From: Octopus sinensis
Lineage: Eukaryota
Length of the DNA stretch: 64,000 nucleotides
Assembly (NCBI RefSeq): GCF_006345805.1
Contig: NC_043003.1
Location: 59,148,001-59,212,000, forward strand
Reading direction: 5' to 3'
The notes beneath the pieces are model-generated. The model made no database searches, was not told where the DNA came from, and saw nothing but the letters and a program-made list of their open reading frames with translations. The translations under genes and the position numbers were made by a program. Shown here piece by piece: positions 1-12,861 of the stretch (the stretch's first letter is position 1; each line of letters opens with the position of its first letter).

Positions 1-1418
1 TCTATCTATCTATCTGTCTGTCTATCTATATTTGTCTATCATCTATCGACCAGTTAAGGTATTTGTTTAGTACATACATGCATACATGTATTTAAGTATG
101 TATGTATGTATGTATGTATGTATGTATGTATGTATGTCCAGCTTAGTATAGTATATAGGATGAAGCTGATAATGCGGGGTGGTCGGAGGCACGGCAGAAA
201 ATGAAGAAAACGAAGCGATTCAATACTATACCGCAAGTCGCTTAAGTAGCGACAAGAGCAGGTGCGTGCAGGCATGCAGAACAAATAAGTACCCAGTTTA
301 GTTGGGACTTATGTTCACACATGTGGAACAAATAATTTGGTCGATGGCCTCAGCTAGCTCAGCTATAATCTGAGTCGAGGGTTCTATTCACTAAAGAATT
401 TGATGCTCCACTTCACGTTATCACGAAATGGGCTGCTGCCACTATAGACAAGGAGATTAAAGAAGGAAGGGGATGCAGTTACATCTGTGGATAAATGTTT
501 TTCTACTTCCCTCGTTTTCCCCTTTCTTCTCTTTACATTTCATTATTTTCCTCCCCTCTCTCTCTGTCACTCTCTCTCTCTATCTCCCTCTGCTCACTCT
601 AGCTTTCTCTCTTATTCCCTCTTACACCGGTCTGCCTGTCGTTGTTTTTAATTTTCTATTTTCTTTTGTCATCCTTTCTCTATACCTCTCATCCTCCTCT
701 CTCTCTAACAGTCACACACTTTCAATACATTTCTCTTTCTTTACCCTTTTATTTCTCCACATCTCCTCTCTATCTCTCTATCTATCCATTCTTTCCGCGC
801 TTCTCCTCCCCTTCTTCTCTTTCTCACTCTCTCACTCTTCCTTTCTTCCTTTCTTCCTAAAGCCTCCATTTCTTCACCAGCCTTTGTGTATCTTCCCTAC
901 TCCCTTCCTCTCTCCGTCTCTCACTTTCCCTCACTTTCTTACGCCTTCTCCCCTCTACCTCACACACATATTGCTTTGCTTCGCTTCTTTCCCTCCCCAT
1001 AGCTTACGTATCTCTCTCTCGTTTAATCTCCCCTTCCCTCTATCTATTCTCTCCATACTTCCTCCTACATCACTTAATATTTTAATGACTGTTGCTAATG
1101 CAAGGCGTCATCGCCAATATCGTGTTTCTTGCACCATTATGCTGCTGTGTCCAGCGCTTACTCTTATTGTTCAAAAGGCATTATGCTATAGGCATATTTT
1201 CTAGTGCGAATAAGAGGAAATTTATTTACTTTTTTTTTCATGCTTCTAAGTAGCTATTTCACTCATATTTATTACAGAATAATAAAATCCAAAGTTAAGT
1301 ATACGTCATTCGGCAGTTACACGTTGTGTCGAATCGGAGAATTGCCATTCTTGTCTTCTGCGCACATTGTTAAAGAAAAACCACGTGTATGTGTGCATGT
1401 GTGTGTGTGTACACACGC

Positions 1419-1491
<73 letters not shown>

Positions 1492-1598
1492 TGTGTGTGT
1501 GTGTGTATGCATACGGCCGCGCACACACAACAACTGCACTATACTCACACATACACAAGGGTTCCTGTCAGCATTCGCGATCAAAGTACTGACGTAAG

Positions 1599-2008
1599 AT
1601 TGACTATGTCATCATACACACCCAAGATCACAAGGATGTGCACCTAACACGTGTCATAACAAATGTAGATGATTACTGGACGGAACACCGTTTAATACGA
1701 CGGAGTGAGTTGAATTGATTTGTTCGAACATGGCAATTCATCTCACACTAAAGAGACGTCTGCAACAGAAACGATGCCAGCGGGAAATCAACCATAAGTC
1801 TCTATGAGATCCTGCAAAAGCAGAGCTACCTCTGCAGCCCCGAGATGATAAACTGTCATCCACAAGCTTGGACGTTGAGACACTGTTGAGAGCTCACAGC
1901 ACACTCTAAAAGCAATCATCTCTGCAGCTTGTCAGATGTCCTTGGGCTTTACAGCAAGAAAACACTAAGATTTGTTTGCTGAGAACACTACCCTAATCAA
2001 AACCCGAG

Positions 2009-2096
<88 letters not shown>

Positions 2097-2330
2097 AGCT
2101 TTTCATTCCATGCAAAATAAGAATAATGAGCACAAAAGGAAGATTGCCGGGATGCAATGGCTGAAGCCCAAAACCATACATGTGCAATGGAAATATTCGG
2201 TTGCAGGCCAAAGCACACGAAATCCGGATATTGACTCACATACAACACATTATTTTAGCGTGACTAAAGCCATCTATGGTTATAGTAGTACAACAGGTCC
2301 AAAACCATTCAGAATCCTAAAACGGTACAC
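1599..2330 (+). mobile_element. RTE-clade LINE remnant (end of APE endonuclease and linker), split by a (GAAA)n/(GA)n tract at about 2010-2096
   Basis: From 1599 it reads IDYVIIHTQDHKDVHLTRVITNVDDYWTEHRLI, then LGFTARKH*DLFAEN and YFSVTKAIYGYS. These resemble the RTE motifs IDYV..RD..DV..TR...W.DHRL, KHQDWFDEN and KAIYGP. Stops and frameshifts are present. Confidence 0.75.
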
Positions 2331-3397
2331 AATAAGTAAGTGTCAAAAACTGATAAACCTATAAAAGTTTTTGCCACTCATCATCTTACAAAGGCGATGA
2401 GGGACAAAAACTGCACACGTGTCACATTACAGAAACTGAGTATTCGGTTCTAAGGAAATAAACGCACGCACAGACACTTACACACACACAGACGCACACA
2501 TATAGACACACACATTCACATGCAAGACAGTTTAGTCCAAAGTGACTCTGACCGAGAGATATAAACTTAGGAATGAAGAACTAATATTAACATTTCATGT
2601 CTTATCGCTGTTTCTCTGTCTCGTGAAGAAATACCAGTAAATCTGAGCGACATCAACTGTTATCACAATATTGAAGAACGACAAATCACGGTATGGAAAT
2701 TTCACGAGACTCTAGCTTTTGTCGGTAGCTAGAAAAGTTTTGCTGAGAGTTCTGCTAGCAAACTCATTTCATTATCAGAGATTCAACTGCTTGAACCTCA
2801 ATCTAGTTTTCAATATTCCAAAAGCATTATTTTATTATCTTCTCTGCTCTGTAGCCACATCATCATTTTGGCAAAAGAGTTTACTCAGAAGAATTTCAGG
2901 TACTTCAACTGGTCAGTTCAGCACACAGCATCCCCGATAGTATACCCACGTTAAGTAAGATATATAGTATGCCATTCTGAACTGATACTGTTTCTGTCGC
3001 CAATAGTGAATTTTTACCCATCCCGCGAGATATTTGCGACGCCAGTGATTTGTGAGTCATCTATTTTTCTGTATTAGTAGAAAGGAAATTTGTCTAAGCA
3101 AGGGTACTAGCTACTGATGACGAGCAAAGTAGAAGAAATCATGATTTAGTAATTCCATTATAGCTGCTGGCCGGTTTGCTCAGCTACTGGTACACTTTTA
3201 TGCTTTTTAGCAATGTCGTCTACCCGAGAAGCTCTCACGAGACAAATATTGCACTTTGGGGGTTTTTTTGTGGATAGAATAAGATATACAAAATATTATT
3301 TTCAAACAATACTGCTCCGACGTTAATAACAAATACATACATACATACATACATACATACATACATACATACATACATACATACATACATACATACA

Positions 3398-3429
<32 letters not shown>

Positions 3430-3604
3430 CACACACATATACGACGGAATTCGTTCAGTTTCCGGGCTATTGTAGAAGACATCTAGCCAAGTTGCCACGC
3501 AGTGGCACTGAACTCAGAGCCATCTGGTAGGTACTTAAGTTGAAGCACCAAGTAAGTGCGGTATTGTCCGTACAGCTCAAAGTGAAGTGAATAAAATCAA
3601 AATA

Positions 3605-3901
3605 AGCAACAGGATATCAAGAGGTGATGCAGTACGACCGTTTCAAACGTTTCCATTTAATTGAAGAATGCAATCATTACATCAATTTAAATGCAGGGGG
3701 ACACGTTAATATAATTTTACTTCAATTCTCTAATAGAGAAACTAAGTTAAATTATATTAATGTGTCCAACTGATTAAAAAATTCTATCTATTTATGCTGT
3801 CGAGGATAGCACTGCATTTAAATTGATGTTATGATTGCACTGTTCAATTAAATGGAGCCCCTTGAAACGGTCGTACTGCATCACCTCGATATCCTGTTGC
3901 T
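3605..3901. mobile_element. MITE/fold-back element with about 90 bp terminal inverted repeats
   Basis: 3605-3696 (agcaacaggatatcaagaggtgatgcagtacgaccgtttcaa...acatcaatttaaatgcag) is the imperfect reverse complement of 3812-3901. The AT-rich spacer has no ORF. Confidence 0.8.
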
Positions 3902-3907
3902 CCTTTG

Positions 3908-3952
<45 letters not shown>

Positions 3953-4479
3953 TATATCATCAATACATACATGTATACATGCATGCGTTCGTACATATAT
4001 ACCTTTATATATATGTACACTCATACACAGATAAGTTCCCTAGTCAGAGGTATACTCTTCCGCACTCAACTCATTTGGGACAAATAAATAAATTTTAAGG
4101 CATCTAGTGGAATGTATAAACCGAAAAGTGAGATAAGCAGAACATCAGATCTATGCTAAAGCCATTATTTAGCGCTGGCCATTTTCCTCCTATATAATTT
4201 AAATATCTAATTCTGAACGAATGTCTCGCTAAGATTTTCAACACCCGCTTTTTTAAACCTTTTTAAAAAATTTTTTTATATACGTTCAATGATTTTCAAT
4301 CCACCACCAACCCTAACCAAATGCTTTATTCCTTAAGTAAGGTATTTTCCTTTCTTTTGTCCCCTTTTCTTTTTATTTCTTTTTAAACGCTTTGAACTAA
4401 AACAATACCAACGACGGATTAAATTTCCTGTTTTGGAGTCATGATGCCTTGTTGATAGTATTAATTTCTTTAGTCAACA

Positions 4480-5400
4480 GCTATTTAGGTGAGCTAGTAC
4501 ACATTGGCTATTCATCAAGGAAAGACAACATCCACGCCCATTTTGCTCGTCTACTTTAACGTTTAAAAGCATAAAAGAATGGCCGCCCTTGCCGCCATCT
4601 GCAATCAATCAACAGTGACATGAGAGAGGAGGAGTCATAAAAGATTACACGATGCAATAACACTCATTTTGTCAATGGCTTCACCCTTATAAATGTTCTA
4701 ATCTTTGACTTTCACCACTAATCAATTATTATTTACACTGCTGTCTTTTCCCCCACACTGGGCGGGCTGCATGTTGAAAATAAATATTATGATGCTATCG
4801 CTTGTACCTCGTTGCGGTTGACTAAATATTATGGCAGTTAAAGTGAAGAATTAGAGTTGACAGACACACTCTCGAGTCTTAATGTTTATTGGCGGCGGGC
4901 TGCCAATTGTTAAGGTTGAAAGAAAATAATACATTTAAAACCGCAGCCACTCAGTTGACTCCTTTACAAAAGCTATAAATAAGCGTTTAATTATCTTAGA
5001 AGTACAGGTGAATAAAAGGTTAATGATCCGTTAATAAATTACGGAAAAATAGAGGCGTTAAGATTATAATAAGCCATTTTCATAAGACAGTTGCTCGCCT
5101 GCCTAGCTTTCTCATCGCCTTACGTTGCTACTATTACTATGTCAGGGTGTAATAAAGATGATATTTTAAAAGTAAATTGGGGTTGATGCTGTGACAGCTT
5201 AATCGTGTTGACAAGACAGATAAAATAGCGAATAATTACTTAGTGGCTGCCCAAACAGCTTGACAGACAGCAAATATTTTGAAGAGAAATAACGCAAGGT
5301 ATTGCTGGAGAGTAATAACTGTAGGATAAGTGACAGATATTTGAAAGTAACAAATAATAAAAAGAACGGAATTGATCGCAGGGAAAATAGTACAAAATAA
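4480..5400. promoter_or_regulatory. Candidate enhancer / conserved non-coding element
   Basis: About 0.9 kb free of recognisable repeats, with eight TGACA pentamers (four TGACAG), ATCAATCA (Pbx-like) at 4604-4611 and GCCGCCATCT (YY1-like) at 4591-4600. Motif evidence only. Confidence 0.3.
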
Positions 5401-5455
5401 ATCGAAATATGAAAGCAAGTAAATTATTAAAATGATCAGAGAATGTGATCCATAA

Positions 5456-5715
<260 letters not shown>

Positions 5716-6380
5716 AGTTTGTCTGTCTGCCTTTCTACCCGATATATGTGTGTGTGTGTGTAGTTATACGTATGCATATATGTATAAAAGAAAAAGAGAG
5801 GACAAAGGAATACATGATTATGTTATGAACTTCATACAGCTGTTTCTGCTATAAGATGCAGTGCCTTTATAGTTAAGTACCTGAATAACAACTTACAGCT
5901 TCATCGGAGCCTCGTATATGAGGTGCAATTTAATTGGAAAAAATTAAATTTGTGCCTTGTTGTAGCGGGACAAAACAGCCCCACCACACATTCCAGCGGT
6001 TTCCTTTGCCAAATCACTAGGTTATGGGAACGTAAACAAAGCGTCACCAGTTGTTAAGCGGTGTTGGAGGACAAACACAAAGATACACGTATACATACAT
6101 ATATGTGTTTATTCAGTAATCATATGTTTAGTTTAAATAGTTTCCATGTATCAGGCATGCTGTGCCGTTTGATTAATAATTATTTTGACTGTGTTTGCAG
6201 TTTGATCGTTATATTTATGTTATTAATACCTTGTAATTCGGAGGATTTTTTTCATATCGGTATTATTTTATAATATATTTGTATATGTTTATTTTATTAT
6301 ATTTATTGATTTTATTTCTATTTTTAATAAGAAAGTTATTCACTTTATTTTATATCATAAGAATATTCAATGAATATTAT

Positions 6381-6775
6381 TTTCTACTCCAGGCACAAGG
6401 CCCGAAATTTTTGGGGAGGCGGCTAGTCGATTAGATCGACCCCCAATAGGCAACTGGTACTTAATTTGTCGACACCGAAAGGATGAAAGGCAAAGTCGAC
6501 CTCGGCGGAATTTGAACTCAGAACGTAGCGGCAGACGAAATACCCATTTCTTTACTACCCACAAGGGGCTAAATACAGAGGAGACAAACAAGGGCAGACA
6601 GAAGGATTAAGTTGATTATATCGACCCTAGTGCGTAACTGGTACTTATATAATCGACTCCGAAAGGATGAAAGGCAAAGTCGACCTCGGTTGAATTTGAA
6701 CTCAGAACGTAACGACAGACGAAATACGGCTACGCATTTCGCCCGGAGTGCTTACGTTTCTGCCAGCTCGCCACC
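6381..6775 (-). mobile_element. tRNA-headed SINE family B, two tandem units
   Basis: Minus-strand head ggtggcgagctggcagaaacg...gagttcaaatt (A/B-box-like). The core gtcgactttgcctttcatcctttcgg occurs twice, and the family recurs across the window. Confidence 0.85.
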
Positions 6776-7189
6776 TTTCTTCACTCGTTTATTATTGTTC
6801 TTATTTTATCGACCCTAACATACACGTGTTCCTCCTGCTTCGCCTAGGTCATTATCGGAGCAGGAGCATACTTGTGGTTGGAAAGGTCACTGAAGAGGTC
6901 ACGAAGTTGTAACGAAAGATTTACAGTCAATGAACATTAAGATAAAATAAGAACAATAATTAACGACTGTCTTTTGCCGATTTATTAAGTTATGGGGTTG
7001 TAAAGAAATAAGCATCGTTTGAGGAGTATTAAGAGATAAAAAAAAACTTACACTCATACATATATAGAAATCACCACACGCATGTAAATATGTGTCTATA
7101 TGCTTATCGGCCTATCTCTCATTCTATCTCCACACGCATATACATACAAACACATATATCCATACAAACACATATATATGTCAATATAA

Positions 7190-7345
7190 ATAGTCTCTTA
7201 GTCCTTACTGGTGAAGAGCGTAGGCTTGAAACGTAAAAGACTTTTTCATATTTCCCGGGTGTCAAACTAATACACTTGCTTGTAGTTCATACACCTGCCT
7301 TCGTCTTTTGTTTTTCTCCAAATTTCAACTATATGCGAAACTATA
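7190..7345 (+). mobile_element. Probable Penelope-type pseudo-LTR relic with a degenerate hammerhead-like motif
   Basis: CTGGTGA-A-GAGC gtag GCTT-GAAA-CG-TA at 7208-7235, followed by a non-coding T-rich tail. The core carries an A-to-G change. Confidence 0.4.
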
Positions 7346-7403
7346 AATGTACCTCTTCCCCTCTCTTTCTCAACACACATACACACAGTCACACATACAC
7401 ACA

Positions 7404-7461
<58 letters not shown>

Positions 7462-7482
7462 CACACGCAAATAGGATAGCAT

Positions 7483-7645
7483 AATATTGGTTTCAAATTC
7501 TGGCAGACGGCCAGCAATTTCAGGGAAGTGGGTAAGTCGATTACATCGACCCCAGTGCTCAACTGATACTTATTTTATCAACCCTGAAAGGATGAAAGGC
7601 AAATTCGACCTGGGTGGAATTTGAACTCAAAACGTAAAGCCGGAA
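7483..7645 (-). mobile_element. SINE family B, partial
   Basis: Contains gaaaggatgaaaggcaaattcgacc...gaatttgaactc, shared with 6381-6775. Confidence 0.75.
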
Positions 7646-7828
7646 GTGTATGTTATAATATCATACAGGATAATATACATATATTTTCATACAATAGCTT
7701 CAATACACCACGCATTTCCAAAATTAGAACTCTTTTGCACAAATGACCTCTTAATGATGCATCAACCAGGTCGCAACCGCTGCCATGAATTTTATTGACA
7801 CTATAACAATGAACAACAATATGCTTCG

Positions 7829-7883
<55 letters not shown>

Positions 7884-8362
7884 GTTACGTACATGTATGT
7901 GTGTGTAATACACACATGTACAGGTATAGTATCACCAGGAAGTAAGAATGGAATGAATCTTAGGATGGTCGAAGAAAAGAATAATAATACACAAAAAAAA
8001 AAAAGCCACGGTCAGAGTGTGTTAAACTGAGAGCTCAAATGTATAGGTAGGTGACAGAAAAATGTGAGCAATGTATGTTATGATGATAATGACTATGGAA
8101 CAAAAGCAAGCAAATTAAGAATTGAAGAAAAAGATGGCTAAAGTATTGTAAGCTTTGTTCCACTACTTTTGTAGTTTGACGGTAAGGAGGGACCGTATGA
8201 TTTGAGAAAATTGGCCACGAAACCGTAATGAATATTATCAGAGAAACTAATTGCGTTAAATGTCACTTCTTAAAAATACATATTGCGATGACGTATATAC
8301 ATTATACTTGTAAGCATATAGATATATGTATACATACATACATACATACATACATACATACA

Positions 8363-8398
<36 letters not shown>

Positions 8399-8443
8399 TA
8401 TATGTATGTATGTAATTATGTATGTAGATGTATATATATGTAC

Positions 8444-8482
<39 letters not shown>

Positions 8483-9318
8483 ATATGTTTGTATCTATAT
8501 ATATGTATATGCATGAATGTATGTGTGCATATATGTGGCAAGAAGTATTCTGTTGCTCAGGAATGACAAGCAAAAGACAAAAAAAAAAGCAATGTGGGAG
8601 CTACTCATAATGAATGAATAAATAATTCAATAATTGGCAGCACGATGGAGATAATGATTCCAAGATGAAAAATGGAACCCAGTAAAGAAGCAGTTATTAA
8701 TAGTTAGTCACTTCCTTTCTTGTGGTATGTATTGCTTTTTGTCATCATTTTTTTTTTAGTATACACTATTGTTCACTTTGAATACACAGACACCCACACA
8801 GATACACAAACACACACATGCACGCATATGTATATATGTGTGTGTGTAAGTATATATATATATATCTGTGGTAGTTAAAGTTCATTACTGGTTCATGACC
8901 ACGATGTTTCATACGGGTGACGATAATCGTTAGTTGGATAATGAACGAAGAATTGTATTTAAACAATAGTTATGGAAAGGTATTCTGTATCGACGGTGAC
9001 ATGTTAGTGAGTGTCATAGCATTGTGATTGATCATGATAATACATCCCACCGTTATGAGTTAATTTGCAGTAGTCTAAAGAAAGTGTATGATTGAAGGTA
9101 AAGTGGTTAGTGGTTGGCCAACCCCGCCATGCTTAAATATATACTTGAGCAAAGTTCACGCTATCAATGAGCCCCGCTAACCCAAATGCATAAACACACA
9201 GGGACACAAACACACACACACACACACCGACTACCCCCCACACCACAGACGTATTAGAGCGCAAGCAAAAAACGGTTGAATGATGAACAGGAAGAGGGAA
9301 AAGTAAGCTCTGAGATAT

Positions 9319-9352
<34 letters not shown>

Positions 9353-9400
9353 AATATATATATAATATATTTATATATATATATTTATATAATATATATA

Positions 9401-9537
9401 GGCGCAGGAGTATCTGCGTGGCAAGTAGCTTGCTTACCAGCAATATGGTTCCGGGTTCAGTCCTACTGCGTGGCACCTCGGGCCGACCAAAGCCTTGTAA
9501 GTGGATTTGGTAGACGCAAACTGAAAGAAGCCCGTAG

Positions 9538-9580
<43 letters not shown>

Positions 9581-9865
9581 GTGTGTGTGTGTATGTGTGT
9601 GTATGTGTGTGTGTATGTGCATGTGTATGTGTGTGTGTGTGTGTGTTTATATATGCGTGTGTATCTTTGAGTATCTGTGTTTGTCCCCCCCCAACCGATG
9701 CTGGTGTATTTACGTCCCCGTAACTTAGCGGTTCGGCAAAAGGGTCCGATAGAATACGTACTAGGCTTACAAAGACTAAGTCCTGGGGTCGATTTGTTCG
9801 ATGAAAGGCGGTGTTCCAGCATGGCCGCAGTCAAATGACTGAAGCATGTAAAAAATAAGAGAATA
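9401..9865 (+). mobile_element. tRNA-headed SINE family A with internal (TA)n/(TG)n linker
   Basis: Head ggcgcaggagt...ggttccgggttcagtcc; body gtggatttggtagacg.aaactgaaagaagccc; tail ccagcatggccgcagtcaaatgactgaa. Confidence 0.9.
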
Positions 9866-10104
9866 ATATACATGCAGTCCAGTGTTCTAGCTTTGCTTCG
9901 CTCGTGGGGCAGTTGTCTATCATGTCAGTATGTATAAATGTACTTTTACGTATCAGCAAGTGGTTTAACTCTTATTTCTAGCAATATATGTGTTTGTAGC
10001 ACACAGTCACAATTAGTGACAATTAAACTTTGCCTCTACGGTTTACATTGCCCAGCTGCCCACACTAGTTTCATACAACATATGTGTATGCATGTATTCT
10101 TTTC

Positions 10105-10625
10105 TTTTATTCTTTTAATTGTTTTAGTTATTTGACTGCGGCCATGCTGGAGCACCGCCTTTAGTCGAGCAAATCGACCCCAGGAATATATCTTTTGTAA
10201 GCCTAGTACTTATTCTATCGGATCTCTCTTGCCGACTCGCTAAGTTAGGGAGACGTAAACACACCAGCACCGGCTGCGAAGCGATGTTGGACACACACAC
10301 ACACACACACACACACGTAACTATAGTATGTGACAATTATTCGGTAGTCAAACTCCGAATTTCGGATGTCGAAACTCGGAATTTGGCTATCGAATAATTG
10401 TCAGATATTATATTTACAGATAAATTCCGCTATTTACATAATATCGTGGTCTCTTTCATCCTTTCAAAGTCTTGCCATTTCTTTCAATATATATACACAC
10501 GACGGGCTTCTTTCAGTTTCTGTCTACCAAATCCACTCACAAGGCTTTGGTCAGCCCGAGTACGACTGAACCCAGAACCATGTGGTTGGTAAGCAAGCTA
10601 CTCTCTACACAGCCACTCCTACGCC

Positions 10626-10626
<1 letters not shown>
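10105..10626 (-). mobile_element. SINE family A, interrupted in its linker by a palindromic insert
   Basis: The 3' half (10105-10310) and 5' half (about 10497-10626) match the reverse complement of family A. Confidence 0.85.
10331..10403. repeat. Short palindrome (34 bp arms, 5 nt loop); mini-MITE or hairpin
   Basis: tgacaattattcggtagtcaaactccgaatttcg-gatgt-cgaaactcggaatttggctatcgaataattgtca; the arms differ by four transitions. Confidence 0.9.
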
Positions 10627-10657
<31 letters not shown>

Positions 10658-10959
10658 TGTATGTATGTATGTATGTATGTATGTATGTATGTATGTGTAT
10701 ATATATACGCACATACATATATATACGCACATACATATATATAACTATATGTATATATGTATGTATAATTATATAGATATGATTATAATTAAGGGTATTT
10801 AGAATAGCACCAAAATGCTAGAGATAGACGTCAAGTGACTCTAAAACTAAATCATTTTGCGCTCCAATAGTACAGGTCATTTTATAATGATTTTATCCTT
10901 AATTATGTATACATATATACATATAAAATACATATATATACATATATATATATACAGCT

Positions 10960-11090
10960 ATCGACTTTGCCTTTCATCCTTTCGGGGTCGATAAATTAAG
11001 TACTTGTTACGCACTGGGGTTGATATAATAGACATAATCCGTTTGTCTGTCCTTGTTTGTCCCCTCTGTGTGTAGTAAAGAAACAAGATT
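10960..11090 (+). mobile_element. SINE family B fragment
   Basis: tcgactttgcctttcatcctttcggggtcgataaattaagtac...gtttgtctgtccttgtttgtcccc. Confidence 0.8.
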
Positions 11091-11153
11091 ATATATATGT
11101 AAAGAAATAAGATTATATATATGAATATATATATATGTTCATATGTATTTGTG

Positions 11154-11207
<54 letters not shown>

Positions 11208-11246
11208 GTTCATATGTATTTGTGTATGTATATAATATATATATAT

Positions 11247-11650
11247 AGGTGCAGGAGTGGCTGTGTTGTAAGAAGCTTGCTTTCCAACCACATGATTTTG
11301 CGTTCGGTCCGACTGCATGTCACCTTGGGCAGGGGTCTTCTATGCCCTCGCCCTCGCGTCAACCAAAGCCCTGCGAGTGAATTTGGTAGACTGAAACTGA
11401 AAGAATCTCGTCGTATATAGTTATATATATATATGTATTTACGTGTCTGTATTTGTCCCCACCACCATCACTTGGCAAACGATGTTGGTGTGTTCAAGTC
11501 CCCGTAACTTAGCGGTTCGGAGAATGGGACGGATTGAATAAGTACGATGCATACAAAGACTTAGACCTGGGGTCGATTTGTTCGGCTAAATGTGGTGCTC
11601 CAGCACTGCCGCTGTCAAATGACTGAAACAAGTGAAATAGTAAAAGAGTA
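11247..11650 (+). mobile_element. SINE family A
   Basis: Head ggtgcaggagtggctgtgttgt, with the family A body and tail. Confidence 0.85.
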
Positions 11651-12199
11651 AAAATATATATTATGTATATATAAATACGCGCACACATAGATCCACACAG
11701 AAACATATGCATAGCATAAAAGCATAATTCTACATATACTTTCTTATTTGTGCTCAACAGCTGTTTTGTTAAGCTAAATACCAAATAACAGTAAAATTAA
11801 TTAAAAAGCTCCAAAACAGCATAAAAGTTATGATATGGTTTGCTGATTAAAGCAACATATCTCCGGCGATTTGGGTAAACGCAGTTTTTAACTTAATTAA
11901 AAATATAATTAATGAAACATTTTAGAAAACAATTAGAGTATGAACTATATGGGAAATTTATGCTAAATATGCTGCACTTCAAGATCGTTTAACCCAATTA
12001 CGCATATACATGTTAGTCGGTCCCACTTGTAGTGATTGTAATCTAATAATGTGTTGGAGGTTTAACGAACTCTTATTAATTGAACCCATAATTATCATGG
12101 ATTTACTCCTTGATGTTTTTATATGAATTATATACACATACACGTACACGTATATACATATACACATATGCATAAATACATTATACTTACACACACACA

Positions 12200-12292
<93 letters not shown>

Positions 12293-12861
12293 ATCAGAAG
12301 AAATGAGGTACTCAGAAATCTGGATGGTTTTATATTTAAAGATATTTATTAGTATTTTACATGGTTTTGTAAATCATATATTATATATAGCTCTTTCGTC
12401 CATTCTGGTGGAGTCTTCAAATTGAACTAGCTTTTGTAGGAATTTTGACTCTTTTATTGAGTGTGAAGGGGTGGGAAGAGGAAGATAGTACAACAGGGTG
12501 AGGAATGGGGAGAAAGTGAAAGCGAGCATGTGTGTGTGTGTGTGTCTCTGTGTGTATGTGTGTTTTTGTATCTGAAAGATGTGTGAAAGAGGTGTGAAAG
12601 AAAAAGAAAGAAAGGAAGGAGAGAAAATTTGTTGATATCTTTGCAGCTAGTCAGTTTGTCAATAATGATCGATTCTTGGCTTTTAGTAATGGCAAATTCA
12701 GCTGTTCACTCCAAGGGGGGCAAAATGTCACTTTTCAAAAAATTGTCTGGATTTCCTTTTTATCCAGCATACTAATAAATATCTGTAAATATAAAAACCA
12801 TCCAGATATCTGAGTACCTCATTTCTTCTAATATATAATACCTGTACGTTATCTCCAAACC

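Noticed and set aside
473-1204. 243 aa ORF rich in F/L/S, the longest in the track
   Set aside because: It is the translation of a roughly 580 bp C/T-rich low-complexity tract with few stop codons; there is no domain and no codon structure.
6886-6930. CTGAAGA-ggtcacgaagttgtaac-GAAA hammerhead-like string
   Set aside because: Stem II is imperfect and no stem I partner follows the putative cleavage site.
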